Assembly: GCA_024679065.1 (NCBI GenBank)
Contig: JAGIQG010000036.1
Coordinates: 12,586,001-12,650,000 of the forward strand
Length of the DNA stretch: 64,000 bases
Direction of reading: 5' to 3'
DNA from: Sphyrna mokarran
Lineage: Eukaryota
How positions within the stretch are numbered: the stretch's first letter is position 1; each line of letters begins with the position of its first letter. Positions 48,830 to 61,029 of this stretch are shown here, in pieces. The position numbers and the translations under genes were made by a program. The notes beneath the pieces are model-generated. The model ran no database searches, was not told the origin of the DNA, and worked only from the letters and a program-made list of their open reading frames with translations.

Positions 48830-50129
48830 CTTTCAAATCCTCTCCTCTTCCAGCAATTTCCCAGCAACGAACTTCAGGCCTTAAACTTTGTTGCATTAAT
48901 TTATAAAAGTTCTGCCTTATAACCTCCTCCATTTCTCAGGCGTTTGGCGACCCGTCGACGGCACAATTTCAACAGCCCTCCTACCGGATGAATAGGGATA
49001 GTTGCCTGCACGGTAATACAGGAGAACCAACTGGAGTGACCCAAGACAGGGATAGTTTTCAGTCCCGCTTGGAAAGGCGAACGCTGCTCCTTGACAACTC
49101 AGATATTTTAAGTATTCACCTCCGCACATTTGGAAAAGCCTAAATATCACTCTCATGAGAATGAGCCAAAGGTGAAAGAAGTATTTCTGAAGCCCCGTTA
49201 ATATAAAACAATATAATCAAACAATGAATCCATTCACTCTCGAGTTTGCTGAATGGTATTCCACGTGGGTATTCATAGATGCACGTTCAAGGGAATGTAC
49301 AGATCTCTTCCTTCCTTCCTTTTCTGCCGTTAATTCCCTGCATGCATATGTTGAACCCATTCCACATGCAAAACACTGCACATTATCCAATGAAACATTA
49401 TTTATCAATGAAGCTTACAATCCCTCAAAAACACAAAACATCCAACCGAATTCAAGCAACATCATCTGCCGACTTGGCACTTGCACAGATCTTTCTGTAA
49501 CAATTTTGTACCCACTTTCCTTCAGCCATTAATCGATACAGCACAATCTATAGGCAGTAATACATTTGGTAACCAGACACTGTAGCTCCTTATCGAAAGG
49601 TTTTCAAAATCTCGGTTTTCAAAATCTTGGCAAAGAATGCTTACTCGTCTTCACTCTCCATCTAGAAGGTTGGTTTTACGGTGGCGAACTGATGAAGGGC
49701 AGGTCCTCTGCTCATTCCTCCACGCCCTACGGTCCTGAACTTTCTTGTAACAAACTGAACGAATGAATCAATTACAACGAGCAATGAGGTGCAGAGCTAG
49801 AAGGAAGAAGCTGAAGGCACGTCCGCCGATTCTGGAACCCGGGATCCTAAAAGGGCCAGTATGTGATGAAAGCAAATATGTGGACTGTTTGTAGGACTAG
49901 ATGACTTTGCAAAGATAGGTGGAGGAGAGGCCATAGGGGCATCATTTCAAAGGAGGTGAATTTTAGAACTAAGATATTGCAGGGCTAGCAAAGAATGCGA
50001 GATCACACTCGCAGCAAACTCAATTTTATAGAGAGTAAGATATGGGAGGTCAACCAACAGTGCATTGCGATTGTCGATTACAGCTGGAATGAAGGTAGCA
50101 GGGGGCATTTCCGCTGCAGATGAACTGAG

Positions 50130-52410
50130 TGTGCAGGAAGGTTTTTTGACTCAGTATGTAGATAGGCCAACTAGAGGTGAGGCTACATTGGATTTGGTGC
50201 TGGGCAATGAGCCAGACCAGGTGTTAGGCTTGGAAGTTAGTGAACATTTTGGTGATAGTGACCACAATTCGGTTACGTTCACCTTAGTGATGGACAGGGA
50301 TAGGCATGAAGCTGGGGGCTGTAGTTATAGCTGGGGGAAGGGTAATTATGAGGCCATCAGGAGAGAATTAGGGTGCATAGATTGGACTAGGGAACTACAG
50401 GGACTGGGAACATCTGGAATGTGGTGCTTATTCAAGGAGCAGCTGCTGCGAGTCCTTGATAAGTATGTCCCTGTCAGGCAGGGAGGAAATGGACGAGTAA
50501 GAGAGCCTTGGTGTACGAAAAGAGTTGATTTGCTGGTTAAGAAGAAAAAGGAGGCTTATGTCAGGATGAGGCTTGAAGGCTCAGGTAGTGCAATGGATAG
50601 CTATAGATTAGCCAGGAAGGAGGTAAAAAGTGAATTGAGGAGAGCTAAGAGGGGACACGAGAAGATGTTGGCTGATAGGATTAAGGAGAATCCTAAAGCT
50701 TTCTTTCGATATGTTAAGAATAGAAGATTGGTTAGGGCAAGATTAGGGCCAGTCATAGACAGCAGTGGGAAGTTGTGCGTGGAGCCTGAAGAGATTGGTG
50801 AGGCACTGAATAAATATTTCTCTTCGGTATTCACGCAGAGTGCTGGAAATGTAGCTATGGAGAGCACTGAGGTACAGGGTTGCAAATTGGGAAGTATTGT
50901 AGTAGATAGGGAGGATGTGTTAGAAATTCTCGAGGGTTTGAAGTTGGATAAGTCCCCTGGGCCGGACGGGATTTACCCTAGGATTCTCTGGGAGGCAAGA
51001 GAGGAGATTGCAGAGCCTCTGGCTCTGATCTTCAGGTCCTCGTTGGTTACGGGTGTGGTTCCGGAGGACTGGAGGATAGCGAATGTGGTCCCATTGTTTA
51101 AGAAGGGGAAGAGAGACCTTCCTGGGAATTATAGGCCAGTGAGTCTTACTTCTGTTGTGGGCAAAGTATTGGAGAGAATTATTAGGGATAGGATTTATAG
51201 TTATTTAGAGAGAAATGAATTGATTGGGGATAGTCAGCATGGTTTCGTGAAGGGTAGGTCATGCCTTACTAACCTCATTGAGTTTTTTGAGAAAGTGACC
51301 AGAGAGGTGGATGGGGGTAAGGCGGTTGATGTAGTATATATGGACTTTAGTAAGGCTTTTGATAAGGTGGCCCATGGAAGACTTCTACAGAAAATGCAGA
51401 TGTGTGGAATAGAGGGTGATTTAGCTAATTGGATTAGAAATTGGCTGGCAGATAGAAGACAGAGGGTGGTGGTTGATGGGAGATATTCATCGTGGAGTTC
51501 GGTGACGAGTGGTGTGCCTCAGGGGTCTGTTTTGGGGCCCCTGCTGTTTGTAATTTTTATAAATGATCTGGATGAGGGTATTGAGGGATGGATCAGTAAA
51601 TTTGCAGATGATACTAAAGTTGGTGGAGTGGTAGATAGTGAAGAGGGGTGTTTTAGTTTACAGAGTGACTTGGACAAGTTGCAGAGCTGGGCCGAGAGGT
51701 GGCAAATGGAGTTTAATGTGGAAAAGTGTGAGGTAATGCACTTTGGCAGGAACAATAAATGTGTAGAGTATAGGGCTAATGGTAGGGCTCTTAATAGTGT
51801 TGAGGAACAGAAGGATCTTGGTGTATGTGTCAATAGATCCCTGAAAGTAGGCAGTCAAGTGGATAAAGTTGTTAAGAAGGCATATGGAGTCTTAGCTTTT
51901 ATTGGTAGGGGGATTGAATTTAGGAGCCGCAGCATCATGTTGCAACTGTACAAAACTCTAGTGCGGCCGCACTTGGAGTATTGTGTGCAGTTCTGGTCGC
52001 CACATTATAAGAAAGATGTGGAGGCATTGGAGAGGGTACAGAGGAGGTTTACTAGGATGTTGCCTGGTATGGAGGGCAGGTCCTATGAAGAGAGGTTGAA
52101 GGATTTGAGGTTGTTTTCGTTAGAAAGGAGGCGGCTAAGAGGGGATCTTATTGAAGCATATAAGATGATTAGAGGTTTAGATAGGGTGGACAGTGATAGC
52201 CTTTTTCCTAGGATGGAGAAAGCTAGCACGAGGGGACACAGCTTTAAATTAAGGGGTATGAGTTATAGGACGGATATCAGAGGTAGGTTCTTTACTCAAA
52301 GAGTGATTAGGGAGTGGAATGCCCTGCCTGCAGCTGTTGTAGATGCGCCAAGTTTGGTGGCGTTTAAGAGGTTAGTTGATAAGTATATGGATGAGAAGGG
52401 AATGGTTTAG
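50130..52410 (+). CDS. CR1 ORF2 partial (endonuclease C-terminus + reverse transcriptase); no genuine start
   Basis: ORF-track 781-aa ORF; CR1-like sequence begins at about VQEGFLTQYV, and the first ~22 aa look like read-in from flanking DNA. Confidence 0.9.
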
Positions 52411-52504
52411 TTAGGAGGGGCATTGCTTTTTATTTTGGTCGGCACAACATCGAAGGCCGAAGGGCCTGTTCTGTGCTGTATTGTTCTATGTTCTATGTTC
52501 TATG
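50130..52504 (+). mobile_element. Young 5'-truncated CR1-clade LINE (HER1-like) with (TTCTATG)n 3' tail
   Basis: Uninterrupted ORF2 fragment from the end of the APE domain (TLDLVL..FGDSDHN) through the RT (KSPGPDG, GNYRPVSLTS, DFSKAFDKV, GVPQGSVLGP, FADD), then a short 3' UTR and microsatellite tail. Confidence 0.96.
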
Positions 52505-53659
52505 TCAGAAGATGTTGCTAAGTTAGGCACGGATAGAGATTTGGAAATTCAACTCGGGGTTAATTATGACTCCAAATTTCTGAACAGACTTAATTAATTT
52601 CAGACTGTTGTCACAGGGATCGATTGCAATTAGAAAATGTAACTTGCAGGAGGATTGATTACGTCAAGACTATTCGCCCAAATGTTTGCTTCAGTCTTTT
52701 CTGCCAACCTCTCCTTTAAGATAATGCTGCCCCCCAACCCCTGTTGCGCTAGTAGAAAAACACAAAATGCCTGTTCGCTTCTTCTACAATTGATGCGTGA
52801 TTCACCTGCCGTTAAACCCACATACCAGGCTGACTTCGTTGTTTATTTTGCAGCTGTCGGTCAAGCTCAACGTTGACAGCTGCACTCTCATAACGGACGT
52901 GTGTTTTCTATCTCTGCCCCTCTGTAAGTTGACTATGTCTCTGCATTTCATTGACAAACGTTTTCGAGGGGAGATTCAAACTGAAACAATGCAAAAAAAC
53001 GTACAGGTGTTCATTGTGATTAACAAGGTAGGTAGAAGGAGCGGGACGATTTCAATTAGTATTACAGAGTCGGTATGGGTTCGCATGATCAGAAAGACTT
53101 TCTTTTGTACTATAACAATTTTATCTCAGAGAGAGTGAGTGAGAGAGCGAGACAGAGAGCTTCGTCTCTTGGGAGAGTTTCAGAATATCTATAATCATGT
53201 GATCGAGAGGGAAGGAAACGAGGTCCCAGAATATTTTCTGTCATGGAGTTGTATTCCCCTGATATAGAATCGAGTTGGTCAACATGGTTAAATGTGTTGC
53301 AGGCTAGATAGAGAAAATCTACTTCTAGTAGCAGAATAAACGAGTACACATTAATAAATAGACTCAACGCATTCAGAAGCGATATTTAAGAGCACGTTTC
53401 AACAGGAAGTGAAAATGCAATTTGCTGCTCCCAGTAAGCTTGGTGGCCAACTGAAGTGTCAAAATGGAGACTGATTTTTTTGCCGGCAACGATTTTAAGT
53501 GTCGTGGAAGAAAATCTGACAAAATGAGCAAAGGTGAAAATAAACCATAATTCATTTGACTGAGATTTGACTGAAAGAGATTTGGAGCGCTTAAAGGGTG
53601 TGTAATGTGAATGAGAGAGCAACTATTTCAATTTGGAAAGGCAAAGCTTGAATAAGGAT

Positions 53660-54820
53660 ATTTAGCATGGCTTCGTCAGACGGAGGTCATGTGTTAGAAT
53701 TTGATTTAATATTTTTGAGAAGACCAGTTGTGTAGATGGGTCAGTGCAGTCGGTGTAGTTTATGCGGATTTCAGCAAGGTCTTTCTGAAGGTCCCACAAG
53801 GGTGACTTGTAAAGAAGGTAAATTCACACGGGGTGCAGAGCATTTGGATAAAATGAATTCAAAATTAGCTCAACTGTAGGAAACAGAGAATAACGGCAGA
53901 AGGCTGCTTTAGTGAGCGGAAGCCAGCGTCCAGTAGTGTCCTCAAGGATCTGTACTGGATACCTATTATTCGGCATTTATAAAAATGATATAGATGACTA
54001 TGTGAGGGATATAATTAGTAAGTTTGCGAATGGCACAAAGGTTGACTCGGTGGTTTTCAGTGGGGCGGAATGTCTTGGGCTACAAGAAGATATAGACAGG
54101 ATGGTCAATAGGCATACAAGTGGCAGATAGAATTTAACGCTGAAAAGTGCAAGCTGATGCATTTTGGACGGAATAATTTGAGAAGGAAGTATTTAATGAA
54201 CGGCACAACACCAGGAAGTTCTATGGCACAAAGGGATCTCAGAATATTTGGCTGTAGATCTCTGAAGGCTGAAGGGCATATTAGTAGGTCGGTATGAAAA
54301 GCTAAAATCACTTGCCTTTATCAACTTAGGCATAGATTACAGAAGCGGTAGTCATCTTGGAGTTGTATAGAATCTTGGTGAGCCGACAACTGACGTATAG
54401 TGCTTAGTTCTGGTCGCCATATTATAAGAAGAATGTGATTGCAATGGAGGGGCTGAAGAGGAGGTTCACCAGGATGCTGCCTGAAATGGATTATTTAAGT
54501 AACGAAGAGAGGTAAGATAGGTTTGGGTTGTTTTCGTTGGAGTTGTGAAGACTGAGGGGCGACCTGTTGGAAGTGTACAAGATTCTGAGAGACATAGACA
54601 GAACGGATAAGGAGCAGGTGTTCAACTTTGTTGAAGGGTCGGTAATGAAGGGACACAAGTTCAAGGTAAGTAGCAGGAAGCTTAGCGAGGATGTGAGGAA
54701 AATGTTTTTGCTCAGAGGGTGCTTATAGTCTGGAACGCTATCACCTGAGAGGATGGTAGAGATGAATTGCCTCAACTCCTTTAAAAGAAACATAGATGAG
54801 CAGTTGACATGCCATAATTT
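53660..54820 (+). mobile_element. Degenerate CR1 LINE
   Basis: NDIDDYVRDIISKFANGTKV..CLGLQEDIDR; collinear with 51240-52390. Confidence 0.88.
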
Positions 54821-55841
54821 CTCCAAAATATTCCAGAAGTTCATCTTACAGGCTGATTTTATCGATTTGATTCATCAAATCCATCTACAGGTTAAGATCG
54901 CTCATGATTATTACTGCATCTTACTTACAAGTCCTCATTATTTTCTGTTAGCGTGTAATTGTTACTAGGAGGATTATTAAGCAATTCCCACACGTCACAA
55001 CTTATTTTTGTTATTTCTTATCTCTTCGCCCTCGATAATGACCGAATGACACTGTAGCTCCTTCTCAGTACTGACCGGACAGAACAGCACAGCCCCTAAT
55101 CAGCGTTAATCCTCTGGCGTGCATCACTCTCTCAATACCGCCCTTCAGCAGTTCGGCATCCCTTGGAAGTAAATCTCCAAAATTGCATTGTAACGTCAGT
55201 ACTGAAGCTCCGATACTACCGTGCTGCAACAGTACTGCCCCTCCGACAGTGCAGCACTCCCTCGGTACTGAAAATCGTACATTATTACTCTCCCCACAGA
55301 TTTGATCTCCCAACATTGGCAGAGCTCAGTCTGCCCTCCTGTGCAATAACCTATTAATAATCCCTTTTTGGGATGCAGGCATGGATTTTGTGGTCAACTC
55401 TCTGGAGTGGAATCACTGGCAGTGCCTGTTTTACAAGCGAGAGGATTTTCAACTGAAACACAGATAACAATCTTTGGATTTCCGCTTGAGAGACAAATTG
55501 GTTATTCTGGTCTTTTGAGTGACATTTCTAATCCTCAATCATGGGTTTACAATAGAGGCGGAGTTCCTTGATTTTTCTTTATTTGTCGTTTTGGGCGCTA
55601 GATGTCATCATTGCTTCAATAATACTGATATATTTTTGATGGCCTTTCTCTCAGTGGGCTAGTAACGCTGCAATTCCCTCCTTCAGCATCGTCACTTTCT
55701 CTCTTCCTCCGCCGCCATAATAACTCGTGTGACCCGCTGTCAATATTGGCTTATACAATTTCTTGGCAGTTATGTCTATGGGCATTAAAATCGCTATATA
55801 AATAGTTTCTTGTTCCATTACAACCTCTGGCGAATGTGATA

Positions 55842-55880
55842 GGTTTTTGAACTGAAGGATGGTTTCCTTGCACCTCTGTG
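55842..55880 (-). other. 23-RSS of inverted V12
   Basis: Minus strand: CACAGAG (55880-55874), 23 nt, TCAAAAACC (55850-55842). Confidence 0.93.
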
Positions 55881-56489
55881 ACACTACTAGCAGCACAGTA
55901 ATAGGTAGCCTCATCTTCCGTTTTTGCCCCAGTTATATTCAGTATAAGGGATTTGGTATTAGTCTTCGTCGCTTGGTATCTATCGGAGACGCCTTTTTCT
56001 TTCTGTATGTCTTGGTTATAGATGTATGAACGCAGAAGCAGTCGCAATCCCCCAGTTTCCTTCTGTTGGTACCAATACATGTACTCCAGCGTTTGACTCT
56101 GTCGGCAGTCGAACTCCACGGTTCTTCCCCGCTCAACGGACTGTCGCGCTGGGGATTGGAAAATCCGGTGCTCCTCCTGACAAATCACATCTGCGAGAGA
56201 AAAATGGAATTCAATTTCAAGGAATGCCTGGCTACTAATTTTATAGTGGACAAATGGCGCAGCAACATTATGATGTGAACAAATGGAAGGTTTATAATTA
56301 ATAAAGTTGCCCAGCCAGGGTCCGCCCTTGCATCGGCTACATTTGCCGTCGCTGACTGGTTTAGAGCCAAAAGCATTAAATTCTAAACATTCAGTTAAAC
56401 GTTTCAGCTTCTGTAAATGGAGTAGGCGGACCAAATAACTTACAAGGCAGCATTAAGACAATGATGCATGAATCAAGGCCCAAATACAT
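55881..56489 (-). CDS. TRBV: Inverted TCR beta V segment V12 (CAAS singleton), apparently functional: leader 56489-56444, V exon 56190-55881
   Basis: MYLGLDSCIIVLMLP|YVICQEEHRIFQSPARQSVERGRTVEFDCRQSQTLEYMYWYQQKETGGLRLLLRSY..EKGVSDRYQA..EDEATYYCAASS. Donor GTAAGT, acceptor CAG. Confidence 0.92.
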
Positions 56490-56989
56490 TCTGCCCGGAT
56501 CGTGTTATTCTCCGATTCTTGTCTCTGGTTGTTCGAGCTTCTTAGTTTTATCAACGACGGTATTGTATTTGTGATTGTGTAACCCGGACGATGTTAAACT
56601 TCCCTAAGTGACTGATGAGTTTATAACTCAGCAGTGGCTCAGTGGAGGCTGCTGGGTTTATGCCCCACGTCAGAGACGGAAGCATAATACGTAATGTTAT
56701 AGCGTAATGTGACAACGTAACTACAGTAGAAAACACTGAAGTACACTACACTGAAATGAGTTATCTGAGAATTGTTACATCTGAAAATTGTTACTGCTGT
56801 TGTTGGAGATTGTTGCACACAAATTGACTTTGACAGTGCAGACACTTCAAATAAAAATACTTAAATGACCGTGAAGCTTTGTTGACGTGCTGAGATGGCC
56901 ATATCGAAATTGCTCCAAGCTGGATATATTTGAATGTTAAGAGAATGTTCAAGTTCGAAACAATTCGTGGGATGTGAGTCACCTTACCA

Positions 56990-57312
56990 GAATCATAGAC
57001 AGCCCATAGTGCAGAAGTACACCATTCGGCCCATCGAGTCTGCACCGCCAACAGTCCTGCTCAGGGCCTATCCCCATCACTCCACATATCTAATCCGCTA
57101 ATCACTCTAACCTACGCATCCCGGGACATTAATGGGCAATTTTGCATGGTCAATCAACCAAACCCGCACATCTTTGGAGCGTGTGAGAAAATCGGCGCAC
57201 CCAGAGGAAACCCACGCAGACACGGGGAGAATATGCAAACTCTGCGCAGCCAATGATCCGAGCCCAAGTCTCTGGAGTTGTGAGGCAGCGATGCGAACCA
57301 CTGTGCCACCAA
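56990..57312 (-). mobile_element. HE1-like SINE
   Basis: Tail, core and head all present. Confidence 0.82.
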
Positions 57313-58135
57313 GCCGTCTCTCTCTCTCTATGGAATGTGTGGCCTATCTCTAACTACCATTGAAATGAGCACTGCTTGAACCACTTCTGAGGGCAGCGAG
57401 GAGTGTACTCTATAATCATGCGTCTGATGTCTCACGTCCGTCATTGGATTCTCTCCCTTAAAGAGTATTAGGGAATGAAACGTGATGGTTTCATGGTCAA
57501 CGTTATTCGTACTAAATTTGTTAACTGAATTTAAATTCATCCAGCTGCTATGCGGGGATTCGAAGGCATTTCTCCACAGCATCACGGTGCATTGTTGAAT
57601 TGCTCAAGTGATGCTGCCACTCAGCCATTGCCTTCCCCTAGCTCCTCATTAAATATTCCTACCTAATGCAATGGAGATGAAGTAGTAGCCCCCGTGCGCA
57701 TAATTTCAAGTACATGCCGAGGAGAAAGTCGCTGGCGCCCGTCAACTTCCGACATAGGAATTCCAATAGCACAACGCAAGGACATTGTGGTTTTAGAGGT
57801 CAGAACACCACCTTCTCTAGAATCTTTAGGAACCGACAATTAAATATGATAGAATTAATGGTGCTCACATCCCAAGAACGAAAAATAAATCATACTTTGA
57901 CAACAGGAAATGATCTGTGCTTCTGCCCTCTGGTGATCGCAAAGGACCTGCAATGAAATCTCAATATCCGATGTCGCATTTGGTTGATGGTAACAGGCCA
58001 TCCAATTAAGTAATAAAAGTCAACCCATAATTCCAATTATTTTCTGTAAGGGCGCGTTTATTATCTATTTCCTTTTGCAAATACCTGTAGGGATCTGGGG
58101 TTGCATAAATTAGAAACCATTTATTGCTAACGTCA

Positions 58136-58322
58136 TAAATAGAACATAGAACATTGAAAAACTACAGCACAAACAGGTTCTTCAGCCCACAAGTTGCGCC
58201 AAAGATATCCCTACCTACTAGCTTACCTATAACCTTCAATCCTATTAAGTTCCATATACTCATCCAGAAGTCTCTTAAAAGACCCTATCGAATTTGCCTG
58301 CACCACCACCGGCGGCAGGCAT
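58136..58322 (-). mobile_element. Short CR1 3' end
   Basis: (atagaac)n tail ..cagcacaaacagg..caccaccaccggcggcaggcatt. Confidence 0.7.
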
Positions 58323-58399
58323 TGAAAGAATGGACATTTATTGGAACTGTCTCCTTATAAAGACGCAGCTGAAAAATATATTTTGTCTATCAAAGTCTA

Positions 58400-59750
58400 C
58401 GCTTGAAAGCTTTTTTTTGCATTCGTTCACGGCTTTATTGGCTAGGCTAGGATATACTGCCCATCCCTGACTGTCCTTGAGAAGAAGATGTTGAAATACT
58501 TTCTTGAACTGCTGCAGTTTATCCACAACATTGTTAAGGAAGGAGTTCTCAAGGTTTGACTCAGTGACAGTGAAGGAATAGCGATATATTTCCCAATTAG
58601 GATGGTAAGTGGCCTTGAGGGCAACTTCCAATTGGCAGTACTCTCAAATATCTGCTTCCGTTGTCTTTCAGGGCTGCATTTGTCGTGGATTTGTCCAAGA
58701 TGCTGTCCAAGGATCCTTGGTGAGTCGTTGCAGCGTATCTTATTGACGGTTTAGGTGGTAAAATCCTTGTTCTGGATTGTGCCAAACTTCTCGAGTTTGG
58801 TTGTTTCTCTACTCACCCACGCAAGTGGTGAGTGTTGTACGTTGTACATTGTTGAGTTAGGAGTTAAGTTATTCATCGCAGAATTCCTAGCCTCTAAACT
58901 GCTTTTGTAGATACAATAATTGGAAGGTCAGTACAGTTAAATTTCTGGCCAGTGGCTATCCCTGTGTGTAGATGGTTGGAGATTCAGCGATAGCAACACA
59001 TTGAATAGCGCCAGCCGATGGTTAGGGTTTTCTCTTGTTGAAGATGGTTATTGCTTGGCCCTTATGCAAGGGGAATGTTCCTTGTCACTTGGCAGCCCAA
59101 GCCTGGATTGTGTCCCTGTCTTGCTATATTTGGACATGTATCAGCGGGTATTTCCGGCCTCGCTCGCCCCCTAAATCGGATCATGCCACCCGAGGTCAAC
59201 GGACTTTCCACGTCCGCCCCTCGCCTGCTCCACTTCCCGTGGCGGACGGGACGGTAATCTTCCGTTCTGCTTAAATATCCGAGGAGTCGTGAATGATACT
59301 GAAGATTGTGCAAGTCTTCAGTGAACATCCCCGATTCTGACCTTACGACAGAAGGAAGAAACTAAGATATAACGAATATAGCATTGTATTGGTCTAGTGG
59401 ATTGTTTGCTGCTTCGCCGTTTGATGGCTGATGCCTGGACTGTGGAGCCATTGGTGAACTTTTTGAGCATTGCGTGGGATACTAATTGTCGATTGACAAT
59501 TTGTTTGACTTGGAGAGGGATGGTAAGCCATTTTCTTGCATACAAGTGACTGCATTGATAATCCACTTATGAAGGTACTTCAAATTCAACCGTGTGACTG
59601 TGCGTTTGGGGGATCTTTACTGCCAAACAGAGGTTGGGAATCTGAATTCCTTTCGGAAAGGACATTGGCTACCAGTGGATTTTCCTTTTTGCGGAAATCT
59701 AGTTGTCATGTCATTGCAAATGCTGGTAATAACATGACTGCCGACATATT
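58400..59750 (-). mobile_element. Old degenerate LINE fragments (second lineage)
   Basis: Reverse-complement similarity to 30180-30680 and to the SINE family 2 tail (tttattg..gctagg..cccatccct). Confidence 0.55.
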
Positions 59751-59969
59751 GAATGAATAGAATTCAAATTTCCACGGTGGCGAGACTATGATGCCTATGA
59801 TGATTGTTCCAGGACTCGGGATTATTAAGCATTCCTGCAGCACGTTTAGTAAATCCGATTTTTAAGCATATCTTCCACGCAAGTTGTTCTGTTTGGAGAA
59901 TAGAAGGAAGGATCATCCTTCCCATCCTATGGAAGGATCAGGATGTTGATTATAAGCAAGTTCACAGAA

Positions 59970-60262
59970 CCATTGATTCCTGCAGTGCAAAGGAAGGCCA
60001 TTTGGCGCATCGAGCCGAATCCCAACTCTGTAACCCCATGCATTTATCCTAGATAGTCCTCCTGACGCTAACGGGAAATTTAGCATGGCCAATCCACCTA
60101 ACCCGTACGTCTTTGAACTGTGGTAGGAAATCGGAACACTGGAAGAAACACACGGAGACATGGGGAGAATGTGCAGATTCCACACAGATTGTGACCCGAA
60201 CTGGAATTGAACGCGGGCCCCTGGAACTGTGAGGCAGCAGTGCTAACCACTGTGCCAGCTGC
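59970..60262 (-). mobile_element. HE1-like SINE
   Basis: Core plus ctgtgaggcagcagtgctaaccactgtgcca head. Confidence 0.82.
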
Positions 60263-60282
60263 TACCCTAAAATGGCGATAAA

Positions 60283-60354
60283 CTCCCCGTCAGGGAATTG
60301 AACCCATGTCTACCGCGTGACAGGTGGGGATACTAACCACTATACCAAGGAAGT
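60283..60354 (-). tRNA. tRNA-Asp(GTC)-like, probably a pseudogene
   Basis: Minus strand ACTTCCTTGGTATAGTGGTTAGTATCCCCACCTGTCACGCGGTAGACATGGGTTCAATTCCCTGACGGGGAG (72 nt) closely follows vertebrate tRNA-Asp with anticodon GTC. The acceptor and T stems carry mismatches. Confidence 0.8.
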
Positions 60355-61029
60355 CTAAATTAAACAGCATCGTGTACGTTCCTTCCTTCAGTACAGGTCC
60401 TGATATTGGAATCGAACCAATCAGTACTTCATGCATCCTGATATTTTTTGTCGACAATTCTTATGTGCTTAACAGTTTTATAAGGACATTTTATACATGA
60501 AATCACAAGCACTAAAAGTGTCCAGGCGATTGTGTTGCCTGCCCGATGCCAGGGATTGGGATATCTACACAGGGCATGAGGAGGAACTTGTACCGGGAGG
60601 GGAAAGATCTGGTGGTCGTGGTCGTGGTCCGAACAGCAAAGGTAGGCCGAGGAAAGAGTTTCTGCATAGTCAGTATATGAATCTAGGCACCAATTTAAGA
60701 AGCAGGTCCTCAAAGATTATAATTTCTTGATTATTATCTGAGCTACGAACAGATTGGCATAGAGCAAATAAGATTAGAGAACTGCTTGCGTGGCTGAAGC
60801 TGATGTGAAAGAAGTCGTTTCCTACTCATGAGGCACTGGCACCAATAATGCAGAAAGTGGGATCTGACCAACGAGAGCAAGGGATCAAATTTAGAACAAT
60901 GTGGTATATCAAAGCGTGAATCCAAGGTAAGTGAGAGAGGTGCTAAAATAGAAAGTTATAAACAGATCATGGCAAGGAAGGACAGAGAGTAAAAATTTAA
61001 GAGTAACTCAGTAGGCTCTGAAGAAGATC

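Noticed and set aside
50065-50130. N-terminus of the 781-aa ORF as a domesticated or fused gene
   Set aside because: It starts at TTG in flanking DNA, and CR1-like sequence only begins near 50130. This is an ordinary 5'-truncated LINE.
45125-55841. Possible D-J-C cluster between the convergent V11 and V12
   Set aside because: By eye I found no GGGACAGGGGGC D core with flanking RSSs, no FGxG J motif with a 12-RSS and no C1-set exon; the interval is mostly retroelements.
38-56489. Assignment as IgH, IgL, NAR or TCR gamma/alpha V array
   Set aside because: I noticed no octamer promoters and no shark Ig-type V-D-J-C minicluster layout. MYWYRQ with CAWS, CASS or CAAS endings, 23-RSSs and the Vbeta decamer favour TRB, though the constant region is outside the window.
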